Counted from the stretch's first letter, positions 47,439 through 57,348 are shown. The stretch: 64,000 bases of DNA from Obrimoposthia wandeli (GCA_977020255.1 CDROCS010005705.1:1-64000), one strand, 5' to 3'. Notes: generated by a model not told the origin, from the letters alone. Translations and numbers: made by a program.

Positions 47439-48632
47439 ATGAAAACGTTTACTAAATCATTTACGCAACAAGAACCGATACCAGAGGCAGCGATCGAAGC
47501 TGCTATAGCGGTTATGCGCACTGGGCGCCTACATCGTTATAACACCATTGAAGGTGAGAGTAGCGAAGTACAATTATTGGAAGAAGAGTTTGCCAAGTAT
47601 ATGGGTGTGCCTTATGCGCTTGCTTGCTCATCAGGTGGTTATGCGCTGCATGTCGCAATGCGTGCAGCGGGTGTGCAAAAGGGTGATTTAGTACTATGTA
47701 ATGCCTTCACTTTAGCCCCAGTGCCCGGCGCTATTCACAATAGTGGTGGGATACCAGTATTGGTTGATGTAGATGAAAATTATTGTATTGATTTGGATGA
47801 TTTAGCGTTAAAGGCTGAGCAAAGCGGTGCCAAGTATTTCATGCTCTCGCATATGCGTGGCCATATCGCTGATATGGATCGGGTAATGGCGATTTGTGAA
47901 CAGTTTTCGCTGATTTTAATCGAAGATTGTGCACATACGATGGGCGCTTATTGGGATGGCAAAAAAAGCGGCACTTTTGGTGTGGCCGCTTGTTTTAGCA
48001 CCCAAACTTATAAGCATCTTAATTCAGGGGAAGGTGGTTTTCTAACTTCAACAGATGCCCAGTTAATGGCAAAAGCAATCATGTATTCAGGCTCTTACAT
48101 GCTGTATGCCAGTCATAGTGCAGCACCTGAAGAAGAAGTTTTTGCTGATATCCGTTTTGAGACGCCTAATTATAGTGGTCGTATGGATAATTTACGCGCC
48201 GCTATTTTACGCCCTCAATTAGCCAACTTAGACCAGCAGTGCCAACGTTGGAATACTAGATGCAAGATTATGGAGCAAGTGTTAGTTAATTGTGAAGCAG
48301 TGCAGCTGACACAACGCCCTGAAAAAGAGCAATATGTAGCAAGTACTTTACAGTTTTCACTTCCTAGTTTTGCAGAAAATCAAATTCTTGACGTTGTGGC
48401 ACAGTGTGCAGATAGAGGCGTGATCTTAAAATGGTTTGGTGCCGATTTACCCAATGGCTATACCAGCCGGTATGATAGCTGGCGCTATATAGAAGACATG
48501 CCATCTCTACCAATAACTGAAAAGCGTTTAGCAAGTTTATTAGATATGCGCATACCGTTGACTTTTAGCGAGCAAGATTGTCAACTAATTGCAGAAATCA
48601 TCAATGATGTTGTTACAGCGATTAATGGTTAA
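47439..48632 (+). CDS. DegT/DnrJ/EryC1/StrS-family PLP-dependent enzyme
   Basis: SFTQQEPIPE, GRLHRYN, EDCAH, FSTQTYKHLNSGEGG (PLP Lys). Confidence 0.9.
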   Translation: MKTFTKSFTQQEPIPEAAIEAAIAVMRTGRLHRYNTIEGESSEVQLLEEEFAKYMGVPYALACSSGGYALHVAMRAAGVQKGDLVLCNAFTLAPVPGAIHNSGGIPVLVDVDENYCIDLDDLALKAEQSGAKYFMLSHMRGHIADMDRVMAICEQFSLILIEDCAHTMGAYWDGKKSGTFGVAACFSTQTYKHLNSGEGGFLTSTDAQLMAKAIMYSGSYMLYASHSAAPEEEVFADIRFETPNYSGRMDNLRAAILRPQLANLDQQCQRWNTRCKIMEQVLVNCEAVQLTQRPEKEQYVASTLQFSLPSFAENQILDVVAQCADRGVILKWFGADLPNGYTSRYDSWRYIEDMPSLPITEKRLASLLDMRIPLTFSEQDCQLIAEIINDVVTAING

Positions 48633-48659
48633 ATAGCGCTTTAAAAAAAATTTTGTAAG

Positions 48660-48687
48660 GGAACTAAAGTAAAATCTAAGCGTCTAT
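48660..48687 (+). promoter_or_regulatory. Candidate sigmaE (RpoE/AlgU-type) promoter
   Basis: GGAACTA, 16-nt spacer, TCTAT; consensus is GAACTT-N16-TCwrA. Confidence 0.5.
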
Positions 48688-48692
48688 TTATT

Positions 48693-48770
48693 GCTAACAT
48701 TAGCGTTGCCCTTCCCTGGCAACATTGGCAGCTGAACTGTTTAGTGTGCAGTTCAGCTACCTATTTTTTT
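48693..48770 (+). ncRNA. Candidate small RNA of about 78 nt
   Basis: Lies just after the sigmaE-like promoter. Hairpin GTTGCC-CTTCCCT-GGCAAC, then terminator AGCTGAACTG/CAGTTCAGCT followed by T7. No ORF. Confidence 0.45.
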
Positions 48771-49003
48771 AAAAAACTTGTTAATACAATCGACGCTATT
48801 GGTTGTCTTCTTAATATCCTGTTTATTTCCTCTCTTTAAATTCGTGCCTTGACATATTTGCTGTTTTTTTAACTTTAGTTGTGCGTGAACTTTATGAACA
48901 AAATAGCCAAAATGGTCTAAAAAGCCTTTAATTTCATAAACTGTTAAATAGTGATGTGTGCCTTTAAGCTGTTTGCTATAACGAAAACAAAAAGGAGATC
49001 TAC

Positions 49004-49990
49004 ATGTCTATTCAACGCCGTACTTTATTGGCTGCCGCTATCACAGGCTGCCTGCTATCTAGCTTCACTTTTTCAGTTTCTGCCGCTGAGGCAAAACTGG
49101 ATAAAATTCATTTCTTAATTCCAGGCGGCGCAGGCGGCGGTTGGGATGGTACTGCTCGTGGTACCGGCGAAGCGCTGTCTAAATCTGGTTTAGTCAAAGA
49201 AACATCTTTTCAAAATATGTCTGGCGGTGGCGGCGGTAAAGCAATTGCGCATCTTATTGAAACGGCAAAGAACGCCGAAGATACTTTAATGGTTAATTCA
49301 ACCCCTATCGTGGTTCGTTCTATTACTAAAGTATTCCCACAGAGCTTTCGCGATCTAACACCCGTAGCGGGGGTTATTGCAGATTATGGTGCATTGGTCG
49401 TTAAAAATGACAGCCCGTTACAAGATTGGGCGCAAGCATTAGCGTTATTCAAAGAAAGCCCGAAAAAGCTCAAGTTTGCTGGTGGTTCAGCACGTGGATC
49501 ATTAGATCACCTAGTGGCGGCTTCTATTATTAAAGCAGAAGGATTGGATCCACGCACATTGAAGTACATTCCTTATGATGCTGGCGGTAAAGCGATGGCA
49601 GGTTTGTTATCTGGCGAAGCTAAAATTTTGTCTACCGGTTTAGGCGAAGCATTGGCATTAGCTAAAGGCGGACAAGTACGTATTTTAGGGGTAACCGCTC
49701 CAGAGCGAGTTGGAGATGCTCCCGATGTTAAAACCATGACTGAAATGGGTAACAACACTGTATTCGCAAACTGGCGTGGTTTCTTTGCAGCACCAGGTGT
49801 GAGCAAAGAAAAAGTAGCTATGTGGAATGAAACGTTAGAGGCGATGTATAAAACACCAGAATGGGAAACTGTTCGTAGCCGTAATGGTTGGGTGAATGTA
49901 TATAAATCATCAGACGATTTTTATAAGTTCCTTGAGCAGCAAGAGCAACAAATCGGTGCTTTGATGAAAGAGTTAGGTTTTCTTAAATAA
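49004..49990 (+). CDS. tctC: Tripartite tricarboxylate transporter substrate-binding protein
   Basis: IPGGAGGGWDGTAR, NMSGGGGG, AGGSARGSLDH, NWRGFF. Confidence 0.92.
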   Translation: MSIQRRTLLAAAITGCLLSSFTFSVSAAEAKLDKIHFLIPGGAGGGWDGTARGTGEALSKSGLVKETSFQNMSGGGGGKAIAHLIETAKNAEDTLMVNSTPIVVRSITKVFPQSFRDLTPVAGVIADYGALVVKNDSPLQDWAQALALFKESPKKLKFAGGSARGSLDHLVAASIIKAEGLDPRTLKYIPYDAGGKAMAGLLSGEAKILSTGLGEALALAKGGQVRILGVTAPERVGDAPDVKTMTEMGNNTVFANWRGFFAAPGVSKEKVAMWNETLEAMYKTPEWETVRSRNGWVNVYKSSDDFYKFLEQQEQQIGALMKELGFLK

Positions 49991-50275
49991 TAGGCCTGCA
50001 TTGTAAAAAAGAGGCTTTTACATCAATTAACAACTGTAAAAGCCTCCTTATCAATAGATAGAGTCAATATGTAAATGTCAATTAATTGAGCATTGTTACT
50101 GTTATTCGGCTAACCTCAATCAGTTTCGTAGCAGACAATTCCATTTAAAAAGTTGCATTATATGAGCCAAGAATAGACTGAGGTCTGCGGCTAAACAACA
50201 TCATAGCGTACGCTTAAATAATTAGATTAATCAAAAAATAACAGGAGAGTAGCTTAAAGCTAACTCATAATAATT

Positions 50276-50743
50276 ATGACTATCGCAAAAGATCGTATCG
50301 GTGGTTTAATCTTTTTGGCGCTTTCAATCGCTTATGGTTATTCAATCACCTTAATTCCTTTGTACCCAGGCGATGAATACGAAGTATTTACCGCTAAAAC
50401 CTTACCTACAGCACTAGCCATTATTGGTGCTGTTTTATCTTTGTCTTTATTATTCGCTTCAAGAAATGCTGCAAAAAGTCAATTGCCCAATTTAGATTGG
50501 ACGATTGCGATTAAACTCATTCTGCTGATGGTTTGTTATGGCGCTATCTTAGAAGTGCTCGGTTTTTTAATTGCGACTACACTCTTTTTGCTCAGCGGTT
50601 ATTGGTTATTAGGAGAGCGTAGAAAACTGATTCTGTTTTTTTGCTCGCTACCTTTAGTCATTTTCTTTTGGTTTGTACTTACCCAGTTGCTAGATATCTA
50701 TTTAGCGCCAGGTGCTGTCATGCAAACCATTTTCGGTAAATAA
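50276..50743 (+). CDS. tctB: TTT small membrane subunit
   Basis: Four TM segments; LGFLIAT; located between tctC and tctA. Confidence 0.85.
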   Translation: MTIAKDRIGGLIFLALSIAYGYSITLIPLYPGDEYEVFTAKTLPTALAIIGAVLSLSLLFASRNAAKSQLPNLDWTIAIKLILLMVCYGAILEVLGFLIATTLFLLSGYWLLGERRKLILFFCSLPLVIFFWFVLTQLLDIYLAPGAVMQTIFGK

Positions 50744-50775
50744 CGGGTAAGTAGCAGGTAAATAGGAGAGTAATT

Positions 50776-52314
50776 ATGTGGGAAGGTATTTATATAGGGG
50801 TGACCACTGCGGTTATGCCCTTCAACTTACTGATGATGTTTGTCGGCTGCTTTGCCGGTACATTTATTGGTATGTTGCCAGGTTTAGGGCCAGTATCAGC
50901 GGTCGCGTTGATGATTCCAATAACTTATGGCTTAGACCCATCATCGGGTATTATTCTGATGGCCGGTGTTTATTACGGTGCTGTTTTCGGCGCATCTACT
51001 TCATCTATTTTGATTAATGCACCGGGTTGTTCATCCACCGTTGTAACTGCATTTGATGGATTTCCTTTAGCGCAGCAGGGCCAAGCGGGCAAGGCGTTGG
51101 CGCTTGCGGCTTATTCATCGTTCACTGGTGGCACTATTGGAGCCATTTTCTTAGTGTTTTTTGCGCCTATGCTGGCGAAAGTGTCCTTAAGCTTTCAATC
51201 CAGTGATTACTTTGCATTGATGGTGTTAGGTTTAACAGCAGTTGCGGCATTTGCAGGTAAAGGTAATATCTTAAAAGCACTGATGATGTGTGTATTAGGG
51301 TTAATGTTATCGACAGTCGGCACCGATAGATCAAATGGTGTTGAGCGTTTTACGTTTGGCTCTATAGAGTTTATTGATGGGTTAAGCTTTTTATTGCTAG
51401 CCATGGCTACGTTTGCGCTGGCTGAAGTTATTATGTCAGTGATGGATAAAAGTACTGGCGCACAGCAAAGCCAAGTAAATAATACATCATCGCTGGGAAG
51501 CATGAAGCTTAGTAAAGCAGAAGTAAAACAAGTAGCGCCCACCATGGTGCGCTCATCTGTATTAGGTTTTATCGTAGGTGTGTTGCCTGGGGCAGGTGCC
51601 ACAATCGCTTCATTTCTAGCTTATGGCGTAGAGCGCAATATTTCTAGTAAAAAAGAGAAAGCAAAGTTTGGTAAAGGCTCACTAATAGGTTTAGCGGCAC
51701 CAGAATCTGCAAATAACGCCGCATCAACTGGCTCATTCGTGCCTTTATTAACGTTGGGTATTCCAGGTTCTGGTACTACAGCGGTAATGTTAGGGGCTTT
51801 AATTGCCTATGGAATTCAGCCGGGGCCGCAGTTGTTTGTTGATCATCCTGATGTTTTTTGGTCAGTTATAGTTTCAATGTACTTAGGCAATATAGTGCTG
51901 CTGATATTGAATTTACCGTTAATTCCGTATATCGCAAAGCTATTAGAAATACCGCGAACTGTGTTGATTCCATTGATTTTGTTCTTCTCTTTAACCGGTG
52001 TGTACTTAGTTTCATTTAACGCTTTTGATATTCAAGTAATGGTGCTGATTTGTATGGCAGCGATTGGTTTGAAACTGCTTGATTTTCCACTGGCGCCGAT
52101 GTTATTAGGTTTCATTTTAGGTGGCATGTTGGAAGATAACTTGCGTCGTGCATTATTAATTAATGACGATAGTATGAGCTTTTTATGGGAGAGACCATTA
52201 ACAGCAACCATCATAACACTGGCTATTTTGGCACTGTTTGGGCAGCCATTACTGAATTTTATAAGAGCTAAAATTGGCCAAAAGAAAACTCAAGATGTGT
52301 TTGATGCTGAGTAA
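50776..52314 (+). CDS. tctA: TTT large membrane subunit
   Basis: GMLPGLGP, GVYYGAVFG, APESANNAA, PLLTLGIPGS. Confidence 0.95.
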   Translation: MWEGIYIGVTTAVMPFNLLMMFVGCFAGTFIGMLPGLGPVSAVALMIPITYGLDPSSGIILMAGVYYGAVFGASTSSILINAPGCSSTVVTAFDGFPLAQQGQAGKALALAAYSSFTGGTIGAIFLVFFAPMLAKVSLSFQSSDYFALMVLGLTAVAAFAGKGNILKALMMCVLGLMLSTVGTDRSNGVERFTFGSIEFIDGLSFLLLAMATFALAEVIMSVMDKSTGAQQSQVNNTSSLGSMKLSKAEVKQVAPTMVRSSVLGFIVGVLPGAGATIASFLAYGVERNISSKKEKAKFGKGSLIGLAAPESANNAASTGSFVPLLTLGIPGSGTTAVMLGALIAYGIQPGPQLFVDHPDVFWSVIVSMYLGNIVLLILNLPLIPYIAKLLEIPRTVLIPLILFFSLTGVYLVSFNAFDIQVMVLICMAAIGLKLLDFPLAPMLLGFILGGMLEDNLRRALLINDDSMSFLWERPLTATIITLAILALFGQPLLNFIRAKIGQKKTQDVFDAE

Positions 52315-52447
52315 TAAACGGTTTTTATAAAAAGTTAGCTATAAAAGCTTAGTTAATAAGTGATGTAACAAAGAAGCCTTAGCTTTAAATACTGGAATAC
52401 CGGTCATTGAAGTTAAGGCTTTGTTGCTTTGAAGCTGATGGATACAG

Positions 52448-53362
52448 TTAAACACTGCTCTTTTTTGCACTTAAAGGTAAGCGCTTAATAATTCCCAAAG
52501 CGAATAAGATACCGATGCTGACACTAATAATGCCTAGCTGTTCAGCCCAAGTGATTGCTTCACCAAGTAATACAACCGCGAGAAATAAGGTAATAGGTGG
52601 TACTAATGCGCCAAATACAGAACCTTTTGAGGAGCCTAATAAAGAGACTGCTTTTGAGTAAAAGAACAGTGCTAAAATAGCAGTCATAATGCCTTGTATT
52701 AACCCTTGTTGTAATAACACTGGGATTGACATACCGGTAAGGTTATTCGGAAAATAGGTGATATAAAAAGGAAAATAGAGGATTAGGGACATAACAGAAA
52801 CTAGCGCCGTTGCCATCCAAGCATCAATATTCCAGTGTTTACAAAGCAATGTATAGCTTGACCACAATATACCGCAGCCAACAAACATAATATCACCCCT
52901 TAAAGTGTCACCAGAAATGCTACCAATGCTGTTCCCGCCAACGACAATAACCCCGAAGAAAATACAAGCGACACCAAATAATCGTAGTGGGCTAATTTTT
53001 TCGCCAATCAAAAATACAGAACCTAACGTGGTGCATAACAGCATAGTGCTTGGCGCTATAATACCAAAATGGGCACTAGGTGCGTAAGTTAAGCCTATAG
53101 TCGCCATTAATACATAGGGTGTGCCAGCCCCTAGTGAGAGAATAAAACCTTTTAACAGTAGCTGCTTAGTAAGTTTGAAGCGCAGTAATAAGATTGGTAA
53201 TAACAACAGACCAGCAACAATAAAACGAATAGCGGTAATATCCCAAGGTGTGATTGACTGCAAGGTCGCCATTTTTGAAAATACTGGCCAGCCACCCCAA
53301 ATAAAAGAGGCGAATAAGCCAAAAGCGATACCATAGAATATGGATTGTTTTTTGAAAGGCAT
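52448..53362 (-). CDS. EamA/DMT transporter
   Basis: Two EamA repeats; divergent from an Lrp-family gene. Confidence 0.88.
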   Translation of the reverse strand: MPFKKQSIFYGIAFGLFASFIWGGWPVFSKMATLQSITPWDITAIRFIVAGLLLLPILLLRFKLTKQLLLKGFILSLGAGTPYVLMATIGLTYAPSAHFGIIAPSTMLLCTTLGSVFLIGEKISPLRLFGVACIFFGVIVVGGNSIGSISGDTLRGDIMFVGCGILWSSYTLLCKHWNIDAWMATALVSVMSLILYFPFYITYFPNNLTGMSIPVLLQQGLIQGIMTAILALFFYSKAVSLLGSSKGSVFGALVPPITLFLAVVLLGEAITWAEQLGIISVSIGILFALGIIKRLPLSAKKSSV

Positions 53363-53555
53363 GTGCGTTCCATTGATTAGGTCGATAAGCGAATGAATAT
53401 GTGCTGTAAAATTTGGTACTGGCCTATATTAGTCTTGTATCTGCTTTGGTGCGCTGCAAAATGTAATGCTCAAAGTAATAAATACTGCGTATAATATTAG
53501 AAATGATTGAAAATCTGCATAAAGATCCCCTGATTGGTGTAAATGAGTGTAATGA

Positions 53556-54011
53556 ATGGATAACTTAGATTACAAAATCCTACAGCAGTTACAAGTGAGT
53601 TGCCGTCAAAGCACTGAAGAGCTTGGTGCTAAGATAGGGTTGTCAGCAACAGCTTGCCAGCGACGAATTAAAAAGTTACGCCTAAAAGGTGTGATCGCGA
53701 GCGAAGTTGCTATTGTGAACCCGCAACAAGTAGCTAATTATTTAACGGTGTTAATCGATGTTAAGCTAGTTAAAGGAGGCATAAAAATAGTCGATAAGTT
53801 TAAGCAGGAAATGCAGTCATGTGAATCAGTACAGCAGTGTTATTACTTAGCTGGGGAAGTTGATTTTTCATTAATAGTTAGTGTAAAAAGTATGCAACAC
53901 TACGAAGCGCTAACCAGAGAGCTACTACTTAACAATGAAGATGTGCATACATTTTTATCTAAATTCAGTATGGATAACGTAAAAACTAGTTGGAAAATAC
54001 CCTTAGCTTAA
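53556..54011 (+). CDS. Lrp/AsnC-family regulator
   Basis: ELGAKIGLSATACQRRIKKL; VQQCYYLAGEVDF. Confidence 0.93.
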   Translation: MDNLDYKILQQLQVSCRQSTEELGAKIGLSATACQRRIKKLRLKGVIASEVAIVNPQQVANYLTVLIDVKLVKGGIKIVDKFKQEMQSCESVQQCYYLAGEVDFSLIVSVKSMQHYEALTRELLLNNEDVHTFLSKFSMDNVKTSWKIPLA

Positions 54012-54037
54012 TTAGTTTCACCATCATATTTAGCTGG

Positions 54038-54751
54038 CTATAGGTTAGTTTGAATCGTGTTTTTTAAATACATCCTTTCGGGCCTACCGACAGAGCCGTA
54101 ACTCACATCGGCACTAAGCTCAGATGTGCTAACTAAAAACTCTAAGTAGCGTCTTGCAGTTGTGCGGCTACTTCCGACTAAATCACCCATTTGTTCAGCG
54201 GTGTGACCTTGGTTTTTAATCGCAAAAATATCACGTATTTTTTCTAAGGTAAGCGGATCTATGCCTTTGGGTAAGCTATTAGTGCTACTTTTAACGGGTT
54301 TATTGCGTGGTAAAAGCTGGTCTACCGTGGATTGATCAAGGCTGCTATCACTATCGGATTCAAGTGCGAACAATTTTTTACAGTGTTCTTTATAATTGCC
54401 TAATGCCGATTTTAGTCGATCAAAGATTAACGGTTTTAAAATATAATCGAAAACGCCACTGTGCAAAGCCTCGGTTAAGCTATTAACATCTTTGGCTGCG
54501 GTAATTAATATTACATCTGTCGCACTTTGTTGACTGCGAATGTCCCGCAGCAGTTGTAAGCCATTTCCCTCGGGAAAATGAATATCAAGCAGCAGTAAAT
54601 CAGGTTCTAATACTTCAACCATATCTTTAGCATCTAAGGTGGAGTGAGCGATGCCTAGAACTTCAAAGCCATCGATACGTTCAATAAAACGGCGTTGTAT
54701 TTCAGCAATTTTATGATCGTCTTCCGCAATGACTATACCAATATTATTCAT
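54038..54751 (-). CDS. CitB/DpiA-family response regulator
   Basis: IAEDD, LLDIHFPEGNG, DYILKP, SRTTARRYLE. Confidence 0.92.
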   Translation of the reverse strand: MNNIGIVIAEDDHKIAEIQRRFIERIDGFEVLGIAHSTLDAKDMVEVLEPDLLLLDIHFPEGNGLQLLRDIRSQQSATDVILITAAKDVNSLTEALHSGVFDYILKPLIFDRLKSALGNYKEHCKKLFALESDSDSSLDQSTVDQLLPRNKPVKSSTNSLPKGIDPLTLEKIRDIFAIKNQGHTAEQMGDLVGSSRTTARRYLEFLVSTSELSADVSYGSVGRPERMYLKNTIQTNL

Positions 54752-54792
54752 TGATAGTTTACTCGTTAAGTAACAAAAAAATGAGTGAACGA

Positions 54793-54954
54793 GGAGGCTG
54801 TCCGAGAGCTGCGGTCATAGCAAAATTTAGGCTATTTGAGTCAAGTTTGGCGCTTGTTTAAGGAAAATAGTGAATCTATTTAACGAAAATGAACGTTTGA
54901 TTTGGCCAAATAGACTAAATCGCAGTAGATCAGTCTGTTCTCGGACAGGCTTCC
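54793..54954. mobile_element. 162-bp MITE-like element (family A, copy 2)
   Basis: TIR GGAGGCTGTCCGAGA / TCTCGGACAGGCTTCC; homologous to 4414-4574. Confidence 0.82.
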
Positions 54955-55077
54955 AGGTATCTGCTCTAAATAATTATTTTTATTTGACAGCTTATACAAT
55001 TGGACAGGCATGTTAAATTAGCTGATTAAGTATAACCAAACGGATAGTTAAAATCTTGGCTAAGTTTTAATATGAAA

Positions 55078-56682
55078 CTAACTTAACGGTCGCCCTAATT
55101 CTTTTGGTAAATAAACCGTTATTCTGCAACCACCTTGGCTAGGCTTCGATATTTGAATACTGCCTTGTAATAAAGTGACTATTTGCTTGGCTAAGAATAG
55201 GCCCCAACCGTGACCTCCTTCTTCTTTACTGCTATAGCCTTTGCTAAAAATTTGTTGCTCAACCTCAGCTGGAATTCCAGGGCCGCGATCTTCTACTTCA
55301 AAAATAATATCTTTACCGATGTCGGTCATTGAAAGAAAGATAGATGTCGCTTGGGTTTTTAAAGAAGCTTCGTAGGCATTATCTAATAAGTTACCTAAAA
55401 CGGTGATGATTTGCTCAGGCTTAATATGCTTAGGTAAAGTGCCGATGGTACTTTCATCGTCTAAAATTAAGTTTAAACCCATTTCTTTAGCGCGGTTAAA
55501 CTTGCCAATAATGCAGCCTGATAAAACAGAGTTTTCTACTGAATTAACCAGTAAGTGTATAAGTGCTTGCTGTGCTTGGGTTTCACTACTGATGAGTTCT
55601 AAAGCTTGCTTGTTTGCACCTAACTCAATTAACCCGGCGATAGTGTTGAGCTTATTGGCATATTCGTGGGTTTGGCTGCGTAAAGTTTGCGAGTACTGTT
55701 CTGATTTGGTAAGTCTTTGGCTGATAAAATCTAACTCATCCTTTAAGCGAAAGCTTGAAACAACGCCCACCGGTTTGTCGCCATCAAAAATAGGAATGCG
55801 GTTGCCTACTAAGATGTTGTTGTTGCGGTATATTTCACGGTCAAATTGCGATTCTTTAGTAATCAGTAAATCTAGCATGGTGCTATTAGGTAGTATATCG
55901 CTTAAGTGTCTTCCTTTTAAACTTTCCCCTTTGGTTAAGCCAAAAAGGCGCACAGCTTCTGGGTTAAATGTAATGATAATGCCCGCAGGATTGACCGCAA
56001 TAATGCCTTCACGAACGCTTTCGAGCGTTGCGTTGTATTCTTGAAACAGTTGAGCTATTTGTTCGGGCTCTAAACCAAATATCGCTTTCTTGAAATAACT
56101 GGTGATACGTAGTGCTGCTAATATAGACAGGAAAATACCAATGAACATAGCAACGATGATACTCACTTGGTAACGACGAATAATAGTGCTGATAGTATCG
56201 AGCATATAACCAACCGAAACTAAGCCTATAATTTCACCTTGCTCGTTGAAAATAGGAGTTTTACCACGCATAGAAGGACCTAAAGTCCCCACCGCCTTTG
56301 AGACATAAGATTCACCGAGTTTAAGTGCTCTATCATTATCTCCACCTTGCATCTTTTTGCCGATGCGTTCGGGAACGGGGTGAGAAAGGCGAGTGCCATC
56401 GATAGTACCAATCACTACAAAACGTGCATCACTGTTGAGGCGGATACGCTCGGCAAAGCGTTGCAGTGTTCTACTGTTGCTTTGTTGCACACCAATGCGA
56501 ACTTCAGGTTGTGATGCTACACCTTTTGCCATTTGCAAAGCACGTTGGCCAATTTGGTCTTCTAAGCTGGTGGCTAAATGCTGTAAAGCATAACCGCCTA
56601 ACAATAGTGCTTGTAAAAGCGCCGTAGCGCAAAGCGCCAGTAGCATTCGGGTCTGTAAAGACAGAGGTAGTTTTAAGTTCAT
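55078..56682 (-). CDS. CitA/DpiB-family sensor histidine kinase
   Basis: Periplasmic sCache (RLSHP..IGKKMQGGD, GTLGPSMRGK), PAS domain, LRSQTHEYANKL, GNLLDNA, DRGPGI, GWGLFL. Confidence 0.92.
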   Translation of the reverse strand: MNLKLPLSLQTRMLLALCATALLQALLLGGYALQHLATSLEDQIGQRALQMAKGVASQPEVRIGVQQSNSRTLQRFAERIRLNSDARFVVIGTIDGTRLSHPVPERIGKKMQGGDNDRALKLGESYVSKAVGTLGPSMRGKTPIFNEQGEIIGLVSVGYMLDTISTIIRRYQVSIIVAMFIGIFLSILAALRITSYFKKAIFGLEPEQIAQLFQEYNATLESVREGIIAVNPAGIIITFNPEAVRLFGLTKGESLKGRHLSDILPNSTMLDLLITKESQFDREIYRNNNILVGNRIPIFDGDKPVGVVSSFRLKDELDFISQRLTKSEQYSQTLRSQTHEYANKLNTIAGLIELGANKQALELISSETQAQQALIHLLVNSVENSVLSGCIIGKFNRAKEMGLNLILDDESTIGTLPKHIKPEQIITVLGNLLDNAYEASLKTQATSIFLSMTDIGKDIIFEVEDRGPGIPAEVEQQIFSKGYSSKEEGGHGWGLFLAKQIVTLLQGSIQISKPSQGGCRITVYLPKELGRPLS

Positions 56683-56793
56683 AGTTAATGTGTAAAATTA
56701 ATACAACTAATTGAAAACCTAAAGAATAGCCTTTGCTACCTAGACTGACAAGACAATAGCAGGTTTGAAATGTTATTTTAAAGAGAAGGGAGT

Positions 56794-56836
56794 AAAAAAG
56801 CCTAAGAGATACAAGGGAGAGTCTCTTAGGCTAAAA
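56794..56836 (-). terminator. Intrinsic terminator of the YHS gene
   Basis: AGCCTAAGAG...CTCTTAGGCT stem with an A6 run on the + strand (T6 on the - strand). Confidence 0.7.
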
Positions 56837-56862
56837 GAGTGATTACCAAAAGGGGATGTTGA

Positions 56863-57348
56863 TTAACTGTTCTTAGCTTTCGCTTCTGCAGGTGTTAATA
56901 CTTTAAGTTCAGGCCAGTTTGTTTCTGCTGTTTGGATGTTAACAGGAATCTGCTTTAACCAAGATTTCTGTACGTCTTTGTTTAAGTTTAAATAAAGCTT
57001 GTTTTCAACTATTTTCCAAGCTGTTGGGTCTGTATCAAATTTTAAGTTCATTGCGACACCCATTGCACAATATCCGCCGTATTGGGGTGCGTATTTAGCA
57101 GCGTCTGCTTTGAACATGTCTCTGTGTTCCGCTGTCGCAAAATGGAAAATGGCGTTTTTATAAGTAGCAGAGAATTTCTCACTACCCATTACTGGTTTCT
57201 TATCTGTGAAATATGCAACAGTATCATATCCTTTAATAGCGATATCATTTGCATCAGCGTTTGCATCGATGTCCGCAGCGAAAGCTGCAGTGGTTGTTAG
57301 CATTACAGCAGAAACAGCAATTGATTTAACTAGGTTTGTAAATTTCAT
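56863..57348 (-). CDS. Secreted YHS-domain protein (second paralogue)
   Basis: Signal peptide, GYDTVAYF, YAPQYGGYCAMG, IVENKLYLN. Confidence 0.88.
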   Translation of the reverse strand: MKFTNLVKSIAVSAVMLTTTAAFAADIDANADANDIAIKGYDTVAYFTDKKPVMGSEKFSATYKNAIFHFATAEHRDMFKADAAKYAPQYGGYCAMGVAMNLKFDTDPTAWKIVENKLYLNLNKDVQKSWLKQIPVNIQTAETNWPELKVLTPAEAKAKNS

